From: Eledone cirrhosa
Taxonomy: Eukaryota
Assembly: GCA_964016885.1 (NCBI GenBank)
Contig: OZ024754.1
Location: 13,888,001 to 13,952,000, forward strand
Length of the DNA: 64,000 bases
Direction of reading: 5' to 3'
Under the pieces are notes generated by a model. The model did no database searches. It saw only the letters and a program-made list of their open reading frames with translations, and was not told where the DNA came from. Of this stretch, positions 1 through 12,175 are shown one piece after another; the first letter of the stretch is position 1; each line of letters begins with the position of its first letter. The position numbers and the translations under genes are program-made.

Positions 1-149
1 TGTCAATTACGATTTTATTTGATGTATCATATCTACATGTATATATACCTGCGTATAATATCAATATACACACTACACATGCTAGCAGAAAACCACCCGA
101 GGGGTGGTTTTTCTGCTAGTATATATAATGGTGACTGTGTTTCTCTGTG

Positions 150-192
<43 letters not shown>

Positions 193-273
193 TATACATA
201 TATATACATATATATATATACATATATATATATACATATATATATATACATATATATATATACATATATATAC

Positions 274-352
<79 letters not shown>

Positions 353-398
353 AGGAAGTAATATGATGTTGCTAGAAGTGAATTACCTCCTTGTATAC

Positions 399-440
<42 letters not shown>

Positions 441-446
<6 letters not shown>

Positions 447-2053
447 AATAACAGGAGGCTGCATTGGTGTAATTCCTTAAAGATTTATTATACTATGAAC
501 ATTTCAATGACCGGGTTCAGTATGAATCCGGTGACATCATCAAATAACCTGGGCTAACTTGGGATTGAATATAGTCTCTTTACCTATTTCATCAGATTTT
601 GCCACTTTTAAACTTCACACCACGGATGTAAATAACTAATAATCGTTTAGTACATGCAATGATCTGATGGCTATGACGGCCTTCCCGCTTGCACGCCCAG
701 CGCTTGAGTCGGTCAACCTTCCTAGAGTGCCTGGAAAAATAAATTTCCCTTTCTTTCGGTAAACGAAAATACTCGGAACAGTTGTTACACCCTTCGGCCC
801 TGGATGGGCTGGGAATCCGTTGTGTCACCGGTTATTGACTGTCAAACAGTACTCTTAAATTTTAAGCTTAATCTTTAATCCTAACTTTAAATTCTACTCT
901 AAAAATTTATCATGAATATCAAAAGTATATTTAACTTTTACATAAATGCCTCCTCCTTCTACTAGTTCTTTAAATAAAATCCGCCCCCTAGAGTGATAAC
1001 TAATAATTGTTTGGTACACACAATGAACAGCTGACGGTGACAACCTTCCCGCTAGCGCCCCCGGCGATTGAGTTGGTTAACCTTCCTGGAGTGATTGGAA
1101 AAATAAATTTCCCTTTCTTTCGGTAGACGAAAATACTCGGAACGGTTGACATGCCATTGGGCCCTGGGTGGGCTGGGAATCCATCGCGTCACCAGTTATT
1201 GACAGCCAAACGGTACTCTTAAATTTGGGCTTAATCTTACTTTTTTAATATTAACTTTATATTCTACCCTGAAACTTTAATATGACTATCAATAATACAT
1301 TTAACCTTTTCATAAAGAATTTGCAGAAGAAAGCATTTAACTAAATTTCCCAATTTTAAACCTAAATCTTACTTTTCTAACTTTTAATCTTATCTTAAAT
1401 TATATATTTTAATTCTAAACAAATTTTACATTTCTAATATTTAATCGTAATTTCTAACTCTACATTAAAAAACCTACTGTACACCCGGCCACTATATATA
1501 GAATTTTTATTTATTTCTTAGTACCTTTTAGCACTTCTGACTAACTTCTTATATGTAACCTGATCTCACTGCTAGCATCTGTCCATGACAGGGTAGTAGT
1601 AGTTAATATACACTATAAACGTATGACCCCCCCTGACCAGACCGATAAGACAAGATTAAATAGATTCTTCACTTGAAGGCAGCCTCCGGGACTAGCAACT
1701 GCTAATTTTTGGCCGCCTTCTCGTCTTGGGTATTTCTCTCTGCTTTTCAGCCCCTTGGATTGTGTCTATTATTATATTCCTTTGTTGGATAAATTTCGGA
1801 ATACCTGATGATGTAACCGGATTCATACTGAACCCGGTCATTGAAATGTTCATAGTATAATAAATCTTTAAGGAGTTACACCAGTCCAACCGTCTGTCAT
1901 TTTATAATAATTAACTCCGTACTCGCACCACCACCACCAACACAAACGAAGACGGGTGCGTTGCATTACGTCGAGTGCTCTCCCTAATATTACATCAAGG
2001 TTGACCATACAGAATGACCAGTGCTATCCAGTGGTGAACCAACAAACCTAAAT
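441..2053 (+). mobile_element. Non-coding element with ~100-bp inverted repeats carrying a hammerhead-like motif (Penelope-like remnant, inferred)
   Basis: 441-543 is the near reverse complement of 1806-1907. The right copy has CTGATGA...GAAA then AATAAA. There is an internal diverged ~370-bp direct duplication (~610-960 / ~990-1330). The left flank is (TA)n. Confidence 0.55.
1801..1858 (+). ncRNA. Hammerhead ribozyme-like motif (type I, probably degenerate)
   Basis: atac-CTGATGA-[accgg/ccggt, ttca/tgaa stem II]-GAAA-t(gttc)a-TA-gtat. Stem I is 4 bp and the stem II closing pair is non-canonical. Confidence 0.5.
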
Positions 2054-2067
2054 GTATATGTATATCA

Positions 2068-2240
2068 GAATGGAGGTGGTAAAAACCAGTTAGACCATAA
2101 CTCACTAGCTTACTCGATACTTAGGGTAGTAGAGTGGGTAGTATGAAAAAATTCAGGACCCCCGACCGCTGAGCTCCAGCCCTTTCAACGGCTATTGAAA
2201 CGGCCAGAGTTCAGCCATCAGGGCCCTGAATCTTTTCATA
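2068..2240 (-). mobile_element. Foldback-ended short element (same family as 23111-23276 and 60808-61030)
   Basis: Imperfect palindrome tatgaaaaaattcaggacccccgaccgctgagctc...gagttcagccatcagggccctgaatcttttcata plus a tail shared with the other copies; next to (TA)n. Confidence 0.55.
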
Positions 2241-2839
2241 TATATATATATATACAAAGACCAAAATTCGAAGAGGGCTTGATAAGTTTATATAAACAAA
2301 TATTTATCATTAGTATGAGACATGAGATGACCTAACCCCTCACGAGCCCCCCCCCCCCCCCAACACACACACACACAAGGCATTGTATACCTCATATACA
2401 CTCTTACATATGCTACTGAACACTGAAATGTAAATAAACACACTTGACTAATCTAATCCAAGTACAAAGTAGTATTACTCATTTTCACCAACATACACAC
2501 TCACACATAGACTAACACACACTAACACACTCAGACTAACACACACACACAATTTAGCCAGCATCACTACAGTGAGGTGCTTATTCCATAGACAAACATT
2601 TATTCCACACACACACACATACTAACGTACACTCACTCCTACTTTCCATTCCATCAACACACACACACATATACACAATACATATTTCATACACACTAAC
2701 ACACACAATTCTTATTCCACACACACACAAACACACACTATCCTAATTTGCCAACATCATTACAGTGAAATATTTATTCCACAAAGAGTCACCATTAAAA
2801 CAAAACAAAACAACAATGATGAGCCACAGAGACATGGCT

Positions 2840-3240
2840 GAGTGCACACACACACATACATATACACACATACACATGCATACACACACACATACCCATA
2901 CATATACACACATACACATGCATACACACACACATACATATACACATACATACACATACACACACACACACACACATACATATACACACATACACATGCA
3001 TACACACACACATACACACACACACACATGCATACACACACACACATACATGCATACACACACACACACAAATACATACACATACGCACACACAAATACA
3101 CACACATACATACATACACATACATACACATGCATACACACACACACACACATGCATACACACACACACGCACACACATACATACAAACGCATGCATACA
3201 TACACAAACATATGCACACAAACGCATATATACATACACA
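2840..3240. repeat. Compound (CA)n/(TA)n microsatellite
   Basis: Direct inspection. Confidence 0.95.
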
Positions 3241-3342
3241 CAATATGAGAGACAAAGAGAAAAATAGAAAGAGTGAGAGAGAGAGTTTAACAAGGAACAA
3301 AAGCTTAATCAGGGTTTGGCTTAATGAGCATAGAACTATCAG

Positions 3343-3808
3343 AATGATGATGGTGGTGATGATGATGGTGATGGTGGTGATGATGACGGTGGTGATGATG
3401 GTTATGGTGGTGATGATGATGATGATGGTGGTGATGATGATGATGGTGGTGATGATGACGGTGGTGGTGATGATGGTTATGGTGGTGATGATGGTTATGG
3501 TGGTGATGATGGTGGTGATGATGGTGATGATGATGATGATGGTGGTGGTGATGATGGTGGTGGTGATGATGATGGTGATGATGATGATGATGGTGGTGGT
3601 GATGATGATGGTGATGGTGATGATGGTGATGATGATGGTGGTGATGATGATGATGATGGTGATGATGGTTATGGTGGTGGTGGTGATGATGGTGATGGTG
3701 GTGATGATGATGGTGGTGGTGGTGATGATGGTGGTGGTGATGATGGTAGTGGTGATGGTGATGATGATGGTGGTGGTGATGATGATGGTGGTGATGATGG
3801 TGATGGTG

Positions 3809-3840
<32 letters not shown>

Positions 3841-3939
3841 GGTGATGACGATGGTTATGGTGGTGATGACGATGGTGATGATGATGATGGTGGTGATGAT
3901 GATGGTGGTGATGATGATGATGGTGGTGATGGTGATGAT
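3343..3939. repeat. (GAT/GGT)n trinucleotide microsatellite
   Basis: About 600 bp of mixed gat/ggt triplets; source of the poly-His and Met/Val ORFs. Confidence 0.95.
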
Positions 3940-4011
3940 TTCTTTTATAGATCACAAAGAACCATAAAAAGATGAGATGCAAAGTTGTCCACTCTTGAGT
4001 ACAGGAAGTCA

Positions 4012-5615
4012 GACTAACACAAGACCTACAATAGGTGGTCTAACAAGACCTTCTATACAAGGTGGTCTAACGAGACCTTCTATACAAGGTGGTCTAACAA
4101 GGTCTTCTATACAAGGTGGTCTAACAAGACCTTCTATACAAGGTGGTCTAACAAGGTCTTCTATACAAGGTGGTCTAACAAGGTCTTCTATAAAAGGTGG
4201 TCTAACAAGACCTTCTATACAAGGTGGTCTAACAAGACCTTCTATACAAGGTGCTCTAACAAGACCTTCTATACAAGGTGGTCTAACAAGGTCTTCTATA
4301 CAAGGTGGTCTAACAAGGTCTTCCATACAAGAGGGGTCTAACAAGGTGGTCTAACAAGACCTTCTATACAAAGTGGTCTAACAAGACCTTCTATACAAAG
4401 TGGTCTAACAAGACCTTCTATACAAGGTGGTCTAACAAGACCTATACAAGGTAGTCTAACAAGACCTATACAAGGTGGTCTAACAAGACCTTCTATACAA
4501 GGTGGTCTAACAAGGTCTTCTATACAAGGTGGTCTAACAAGACCTATACAAGTTGGTCTAACAAGACCTATACAAGTTGGTCTAACAAGACCTTCTATAC
4601 AAGGTGGTCTAACAAGACCTTCTATACAAGGTGGTCTAACAAGACCTATACAAGTTGGTCTAACAAGACCTTCTATACAAGGTGGTCCAACAAGCTCTTC
4701 TATACAAGGTGGTCTAACAAGCTCTTCTATACAAGGTGGTCTAACAAGACCTTCTATACAAGGTGGTCTAACAAGGTCTTCTATACAAGGTGGTCTAACA
4801 AGGTCTTCTATACAAGGTGGTCTAACAAGACCTTCTATACAAGGTGGTCTAACAAGACCTTCTATACAAGGTGGTCTAACAAGACCTTCTATAGAAGGTG
4901 CTCTAACAAGGTCTTCTATACAAGATGGTCTATACAAGACCTTCTATACAAGGTGGTCTATACAAGACCTTCTATACAAGGTGGTCTATACAAGACCTTC
5001 TATACAGGGTGGTCTATACAAGACCTTCTATACAAGGTGGCCTATACAAGACCTTCTATACAAGGTGGTCTATACAAGACCTTCTATACAGGGTGGTCTA
5101 TACAAGACCTTCTGTACAAGGTGGTCTAACAAGGTCTTCTATACAAGGTGGTCTAACAAGACCTTCTATACAAGGTGGTCTAACAAGACCTTCTATACAA
5201 GGTGGTCTAACAAGACCTTCTATAGAAGGTGCTCTAACAAGGTCTTCTATACAAGATGGTCTTTACAAGACCTTCTATACAAGGTGGTCTATACAAGACC
5301 TTCTATACAAGGTGGTCTATACAAGACCTTCTATACAAGGTGCTCTATACAAGGTGGCCTATACAAGACCTTCTATACAAGGTGGTCTATACAAGACCTT
5401 CTATACAAGGTGGTCTATACAAGACCTTCTATACAAGGTGGTCTAACAAGACCTTCTATACAAGGTGGTCTAACAAGACCTTCTATACAAGGTGGTCTAA
5501 CAAGACCTTCTATACAAGGTGGCCTATACAAGACCTTCTATACAAGGTGGTCTATACAAGACCTTCTATACAAGGTGGTCTATACAAGGCCTTCTATACA
5601 AGGTGGTCTAACAAG
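4012..5615. repeat. 27-bp minisatellite (ctaacaagaccttctatacaaggtggt) with 24- and 28-bp variants, roughly 60 units
   Basis: Direct inspection of tandem units; no unique spacers. Confidence 0.95.
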
Positions 5616-5669
5616 CCCGTCAATTTACTCCTTTTAACACACATGTATACACACACATATATATGTAGG

Positions 5670-5705
<36 letters not shown>

Positions 5706-6221
5706 CAAATAAGTAAGTAGTGGCAGTAGTAGCAGCTGTGGTAGTGGTGCTTGTAGTAGCAGCAGTAGTAGTAGCAGCTGTGGTAGTGGTGCTTGTAGTA
5801 GCAGCAGTGGTAGTGTTGCTTGTAGTAGCAGCAGTAGCAGTAGCAGCTGTGGTAGTGGTGCTTGTAGTAGTAGTACAACTACTACTACTACTACTACTAG
5901 TAGTAGTATAAAGCATCTCAAACAATGTAGAGGAACCTTCCTAGCTAGTAGAGATTGGGTGAAAAATTACAAGATGTCCCTAGCATCTCTTGTTATGTGC
6001 TAGTGTAGTTTGACAATTTTCTCCCACATTAATGTTATGCAATACAAATTAACTCTTTTATTACCATATTACGTACTAATGAGTGGCACTGCTGCTTATG
6101 TTTTTTTCTTTTTTGGAAGGATTTAGTAATATAACCTTTTACATTATCACAATGCTGTTTGGAACACATTTTAAAGTTTCTTTCATAACATTGTGATGGC
6201 AGGTTTACAGATATGTATAAT

Positions 6222-6436
6222 ATTTTCTACTTTAGGCACAAGGTCAACAATTTTTTTTGAGGGGGGGGTGGGGGGGGGGTCACCCCAGTGCATTACTGGT
6301 TCTTTATTTTATCATCCCCGTAAAGATGAAAGGCAAAGCTAACCTCAGCAAGATTTGAATGCAGAATGTAAAGGGATGTAACTATATGCTGCAAAGCATG
6401 TGGTCCAACGCTCTACCGATACTGCCAATCCACCGT
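6222..6436 (-). mobile_element. SINE family A, diverged copy
   Basis: Reverse complement matches the 8846-9033 family (ttctactttaggcacaagg...gatgaaaggcaaag...ctctaccgatactgccaatcc). Confidence 0.75.
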
Positions 6437-6462
6437 TCTATTTACCATACTAATAAAGTAAT

Positions 6463-7245
6463 CAAATATACATGTGCTAAGTGTAATAAACCCTTTAACC
6501 CTTTAGCATTTACCTTACTAAATATACATGTGCTAAGTGTATTAAACCCTTTAACCCTTTAGCATTTACCTTACTAAATATACATGTGCTAAGTGTATTA
6601 AACCCTTTAACCCTTTAGCATTTACCTTACTAAATATACATGTGCTAAGTGTATTAAACCCTTTAACCCTTTAGCATTTACCTTACTAAATATACATGTG
6701 CTAAGTGTATTAAACCCTTTAACCCTTTAGCATTTACCTTACTAAATATACATGTGCTAAGTGTATTAAACTCTTTAACCCTTTAGCATTTACCTTACTA
6801 AATATACATGTGCTAAGTGTATTAAACCCTTTAACCCTTTAGCATTTACCTTACTAAATATACATGTGCTAAGTGTATTAAACACTTTAACCCTTTAGCA
6901 TTTACCTTACTAAATATACATGTGCTAAGTGGAATAAACACTTTAACCCTTTAGCATTTACCTTACTAAATATACATGTGCTAAGTGTATTAAACCCTTT
7001 AACCCTTTAGCATTTACCTTACTAAATATACATGTGCTAAGTGTATTAAACCCTTTAACCCTTTAGCATTTACCTTACTAAATATACATGTGCTAAGTGG
7101 AATAAACACTTTAACCCTTTAGCATTTACCTTACTAAATATACATGTGCTAAGTGTATTAAACCCTTTAACCCTTTAGCATTTACCTTACTAAATATACA
7201 TGTGCTAAGTGTATTAAACCCTTTAACCCTTTAATTTACCTTACT
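6463..7245. repeat. 56-bp minisatellite, ~14 units, containing the TTAA-MITE terminus
   Basis: Unit aaatatacatgtgctaagtgtattaaaccctttaaccctttagcatttaccttact (starts at 6520, 6576, ...). Confidence 0.95.
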
Positions 7246-7433
7246 CGATATTTACTATTGTATTTTCACAGTAAAGGCTTTATCTCATATAATATTGAAT
7301 CTATGAGATTTTGAAATTATTCATTTTGAGAACAATACCTTAACATCAGTAAGAGTAGCTGCTTACAACTGGTTTGAACAGAAAGAGAAAGAATTCTGGC
7401 CAGATATGGCTGGTTTAAATGCTAAATGGTTAA
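7222..7433. mobile_element. piggyBac-like MITE (TTAA-flanked, CCCTTTAGCATTTA TIR)
   Basis: ttaaccctt...taaatgctaaatggttaa. The internal sequence is the reverse complement of the copies at 35336, 50305 and 50674. Confidence 0.7.
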
Positions 7434-7589
7434 AATGAAATTTTGTATCAAAGAACCAAGAGTTTGGTAGCAAAAGGGTTAAATTGTTCCATAGTCACCT
7501 GGCTTGTTGGGCCTCAGAATGTGACATGTTTAATCCATGCAAGCAAAGAAATAGATGTTAAATGATGATGATGATCACTCAATTGCATG

Positions 7590-7761
7590 TGTGTGTGAGA
7601 GAGTGTGTGCATGTGTAAGGGAGAGACAGTGTGTGTGTGTGTGTGTGTATGTACGCACAATAGATACATGATCACTCAACTGCATGCGTGTGTATGTGTA
7701 AGGGAGAGAGTATGTATGCCAGAGCGTGTGCGTATGTATAAGGGAGAGAGAGTATGTATGC

Positions 7762-7822
<61 letters not shown>

Positions 7823-8296
7823 TGTATGTATGCTGAGTGTGAGTGTGTGTGTAAAGGAGAGAGAGTATGTATGCCAAAGCGTATGTGTGCGTATGTGTAA
7901 TGGAGAGAGAGAGTATGTATGCCAGAGCGTGTGTGTGTGTGTGTGTGTGCGTATGTGTAAGGGAGAGAGAGAGAGTATGTATGCCAGAGTGTGTGTGTGT
8001 GTGTGTGTGTATGTGTAAGGGAGAGAGAGAGAGAGAGAGAGAGTATGTATGCCAGAGCGTGTGTATGTGTGCGTGTGTGTGCGTATGTGTAAGGGAGAGA
8101 GAGTATGTATGCCAGAGCGTGTGTGTACGTATGTGTAATGGAGAGAGAGTATGTATGCCAGAGCCTGTGTGTGTGTGTGTGTGCGTATGTGTAAGGGAGA
8201 GAGAGAGTATGTATGCCAGAGTGTGTGTATGTGTGTGTGTGTGTGCGTATGTGTAAGGGAGAGAGAGAGAGTATGTATGCCAGAGCGTGTGTGTGT
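7590..8296. repeat. Compound repeat (GA)n-gtatgtatgccagag-(TG)n
   Basis: Recurring module with variable microsatellite lengths. Confidence 0.9.
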
Positions 8297-8845
8297 ACAA
8301 TAGATACATCTGTTACATATACAGCTTATTTTTTTATTATTATCTTGTGACACACCCACCAGCAAGTGATGCAACGGCACAACTGAAACAGTTGGCAAAA
8401 TATCAACATAAGATATGCCAATGAAACTACTAATGACCTCCTACTCTCTCATGATCATGATCCACATATAATAATGAGCTCGGTGGTTTTGTTTGCTATC
8501 ATGTGAAAGGAGCAATATGGAAGTAGGAGGCTGCCAAACAACAAACAGGGAGTGAGTGATAAATGAAATGAAAGTGAGTGGAAGGGTGAGGTGTTTAGCT
8601 CACAAGCCTGACTGACAAACAATAGTGTGAGGGAGAGAGTGAAAGCTTGTAATTTCTACATTGTTCAGAAATTGATACAGGTTTTATGTTTTTGTTTGTT
8701 TCAAGAATAAAAACTCATGTTTTGTACAATTTTAAAACTTATTTTATGCTCTTTCTTTCTATGTAATCCATTTTTTTATATATCTATTATACTCGAATAT
8801 AAGCCATTACGAATATAAGCAGACCCCACTATTTTATGTCTGAGA

Positions 8846-9033
8846 GGGGCAGTGGATTGGCAGTATCGGTAGAGGGTCGGACGTCATGCTTTGACGCATA
8901 GAGTTACGGCCCTTTCCATTCTGAGTTCAAATCCCGCCGAGGTCAACTTTGCCTTTCATCCTTACGGGGTCGATAAAATAAAGTACCAGTAATGTACTGG
9001 GTAATTGCTGGCCTTGTGCCAAAAGTAGAAACA
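8846..9033 (+). mobile_element. SINE family A (tRNA-derived), full length with 18-bp TSD
   Basis: Box A-like TGGCAGTATCGG and box B GAGTTCAAATCC. TSD actattttatgtctgaga at 8828-8845 and 9034-9051. More than 10 copies in the window. Confidence 0.85.
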
Positions 9034-9103
9034 ACTATTTTATGTCTGAGAAATGGGAAATAATCCAAACCTAATTTATGTAGAATTTGAAGTTGGTGAA
9101 AAT

Positions 9104-9390
9104 CATCAAAATATTGACCCAAATATAAACCGACTCCCTCTACCATCATCAAAATATTGACCTTAATATAAGCCGACCCCCTTCTACCATCGTCAAAATA
9201 TTGACTCCAATATAAACCAACCTCCTACCATCGTCAAAATATTAACCCCAATATAAGCCGACCCCCTTCTACCATTGTCAAAATATTGACCCCGATATAA
9301 ACCGACCCCCTTCTACGATCGTCAAAATATTAACCCCAATATAAATTGACCCCCTTCTACCATTGGGGTCAAAATATTGACTCCAATGTT
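9104..9390. repeat. 43-44-bp minisatellite, ~6-7 units
   Basis: Unit approximately tcaaaatattgaccccaatataaaccgacccccttctaccatcg. It lies in a remnant related to the Tc2-like MITE at 55985. Confidence 0.85.
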
Positions 9391-9611
9391 GCACCAAAAG
9401 TAGGAACTGTTTGGTAGTTTGCAGCTGGATTAATCCACTAAAGCAGTGGTTCCCAAACTTCTGTGCACCATGCTCCACCTCAACATCTCAATAATTGTTA
9501 TCATGCTACGAAACTCTGCCTCATCCAGCATATTCCTCGGATCTTTCGCAAACTGTCTACCACTTTTTCAAACATTTTGTCAACGTCTTGCAAGGAAAAT
9601 TCTTCAATAAC

Positions 9612-9986
9612 CAGCCCACACTGTAAAGTGGACGTGTAGGCGCCACGAAAAAGCACCCAGCCCACACTGTAAAGTGGACGTGTAGGCGCCACGAAAAAGC
9701 ACCCAGCCCACACTGTAAAGTGGACGTGTAGGCGCCATGAAAAAGCACCCAGCACTCACTGTAAAGTGGACGTGTAGGCGCCACGAAAAAGCACCCAGCA
9801 CTCACTGTAAATGAGGTTGGTGTTAGGAAGGGCATCCAGCTGTAGAAATCAAGCCAAATCAGTTCCTGTATGAGCAAGGCATGGTCAGCCGACCAGACAC
9901 TGCCCACAACAGGACAACCCGTCTAACCCATGCTAGCGTGGAAGAACGGACGTAAAACGGTGATGATAATGATGATGATGATGATG
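9612..9986 (+). mobile_element. SINE family C 3' part with internal 47-bp tandem repeat (x4) and (GAT)n tail
   Basis: Near-identical to 41140-41406 (+) and 56502-56740 (-): ggtgttaggaagggcatccagctgtagaaa...cccatgctagcgtggaagaacggacgtaaaacggtgatg. Confidence 0.8.
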
Positions 9987-10009
9987 AACCAAACAGCCAC
10001 AAAAAAAAT

Positions 10010-10313
10010 GCTGCTACTTCTCCAAATTCAGAGATCACAGCTCTGACATTATGGGCATGTGGTTAGAACATCTCAGGAAAGAATCACTGGACAGATTTTA
10101 TGGGCGAAACCAACAGGTGGGAGACCCAGGAGTAGACCCCGAGCAAGATGGTGGGATAACATCCATGAGCTTGGCTGGTCACACTTGGGGATCCAGTCAG
10201 ATCAGTTGGAGATGGTTGCTTCTAACAGGAATAGCTGGCGGAAGTGTTTAAGGACTCTGCCCCCATGACCCTCTCAGGAATAAGTGGGCAAAGAAGAAGA
10301 AGAAGAAGAAGAA
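10010..10313 (+). mobile_element. RTE-clade LINE 3' fragment
   Basis: Translation GHVVRTSQERIT...GGRPRSRPRARWWDNI resembles an RTE ORF2 C-terminus; (GAA)n tail. Confidence 0.7.
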
Positions 10314-10772
10314 GGATATCAGATAATCAGTAAGGATAATACAAATGAGATGGCAAGGAGTTAGATACCAGTCAGAAATATGGGCTAAATACTATCAACT
10401 GAATAACTGACATCACATGAACTCCAAACTAACCCGTTTGGGGGAAAATGTACTTTACTAAAGCTGCTGCTGAGTTGCATTATACCAAAGAATGTCATCA
10501 GCACTGATATATATATATATATATATATACAATGAAAACATAAGAAGTATTCAATAATGAAAGTATTTAAAGAATGGAACTGTTTCATAACATTTTTTAC
10601 ATTCATATATTCAATATATTTCCATAGTAAAAATTAATGACAGTAAATGGACAGTACCCAAGTTCACTAGTAGTGCCGATCGTTACAAGAACCCTTAACT
10701 TTTCCTCTTCTTCTTCTAAAGTTATCCGATGCCTTGAGGCGGTGATGAGGCATTGACAAAAGTTCAAGCTCC

Positions 10773-10889
10773 AAAGGATGAAAGGCAAAGTCAACCTCGG
10801 TGGGATTTGAACTCAGTCCGTAAAGAGACGTAACTGTGCTGCAAAGCATGGCGTCCGACCCTCTACCGATACTGCCAATCCACTGCCCT
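10773..10889 (-). mobile_element. SINE family A 5' half
   Basis: Reverse-complement match to 8846-8965. Confidence 0.8.
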
Positions 10890-11609
10890 ATTTCAATACA
10901 CTATTTCAATTAATGAAGAATTCTGAGAAATTTACTAAAATTATTATTAATTATTTCATTACTAAGAAAGTAACTTAACAAATGATTCTTATTCAGAATT
11001 ATGTTAAAAGGTTTTAATATAAAAAGGAACATTTTAAAATGTAGTTTTGTTACGTCGAACCAGAGTTAGGTTTTGGCTAGGTTTTGGTATCAAAAAGGGA
11101 TAGAAAAAGGCTATGAGTTGAAAAGCTATCATGTTTGACAACAGAAGTGTCATCATCATTGTTTTTATGTTGACTTTTACATGTTGGCATGGGCTGAACA
11201 GAATATTTTGAGGCAATGTTTTACAGCTGGAGGCCCTTCCTGACACCAACCCTTTTAGTTGTTTCTTATGACACTCAAGGATACAGTGTACCTATGTGTT
11301 TATATATATTGCTGACCCCATCATTTGGGGGATAGGGTTTACAGTTTAAATTAGAAGTTGAGGCTAGTTTAGGGTCAGCTTTAGTTAAGAATTAAGGGAC
11401 AGGATAGTCACAGTTGAAAAGTTGTAATTATGATGGCACTTCACTGCACATGAATATAGTACTCGGTTTTAGTACATACACAAAGATCAAAACAAATTGG
11501 ACTGTTTCAAACCCTAAAATGCAGTATAGCTCAAATACCAACATTATGTAGTGATAGATATGTAATAATCTAAATAAACATTATTAAGTGCTAGATACAT
11601 AGTCATAAG

Positions 11610-11996
11610 AACCAACATTATAAAATGGTACATGTGTAATGATGAAAACCAAAATCATCAGGTGGTACATATGTAATGATGAAAACCAACATTATCAGGT
11701 AGTACATGTGTACCCATCAAAAACCAACATTATCAGTGGTACATGTGTACCTATCAAAAACCAACATTATCAGCTGGTACATGTGTACCCATCAAAAACC
11801 AACATTATCAGCTGGTACATGTATACCCATCAAAAACCAACATTATCAGCTGGTACATGTGTCCCCATCAAAAATCAACATTATCAGGTGGTACATGTGT
11901 ACCCATCAAAAATCAACATTATCAGGTGGTACATGTGTACCCATCAAAAATCAACATTATCAGGTGGTACATGTGTACCCATCAAAAACCAACATC
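11610..11996. repeat. 38-bp minisatellite, ~10 units, with palindromic core gtacatgtgtac
   Basis: ggtac recurs at 11776, 11814, ...; increasingly diverged units extend left to ~11530. Confidence 0.9.
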
Positions 11997-12175
11997 GCCA
12001 TATTTCTAATAAAAGATAGGTCCAATGACTTTCAAATGATTTTGAAAATACTCAAGAATTTGACAGGATTTAGTAATATTTAGCCACATTACCTGTTTAG
12101 ATACCTTAATGCCTGCCAATGACCGATATTTTGTGTATTGATCAAAATTATAAACATAATAATACATACATATGG

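Noticed and set aside
2743-3982. Long His-, Met/Val- and Cys/Val-rich ORFs (up to 400 aa)
   Set aside because: Translations of (CA)n and (GAT/GGT)n microsatellites that are open in several frames. The same applies to the IY-, SL- and HT-repeat ORFs elsewhere in the track.
4012-5615. CRISPR-like short palindromic repeats
   Set aside because: Units are directly tandem with no unique spacers, there are no cas genes, and the context is eukaryotic. The same applies to the 38-, 56-, 102- and 117-bp arrays.
6463-7245. Interstitial telomere repeat (aaccctttaaccc)
   Set aside because: Not (CCCTAA)n; explained by the TTAA-CCCTTT MITE terminus.
8430-8535. SECIS element or pre-miRNA
   Set aside because: Only the outer 9 bp pair well; no convincing AUGA/GA quartet helix or continuous stem.
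9443-9610. hAT/Charlie-like end (cagtggttcccaaactt) with a possible transposase remnant
   Set aside because: Only one terminus is visible and the adjacent translation is unrecognisable; too weak to annotate.
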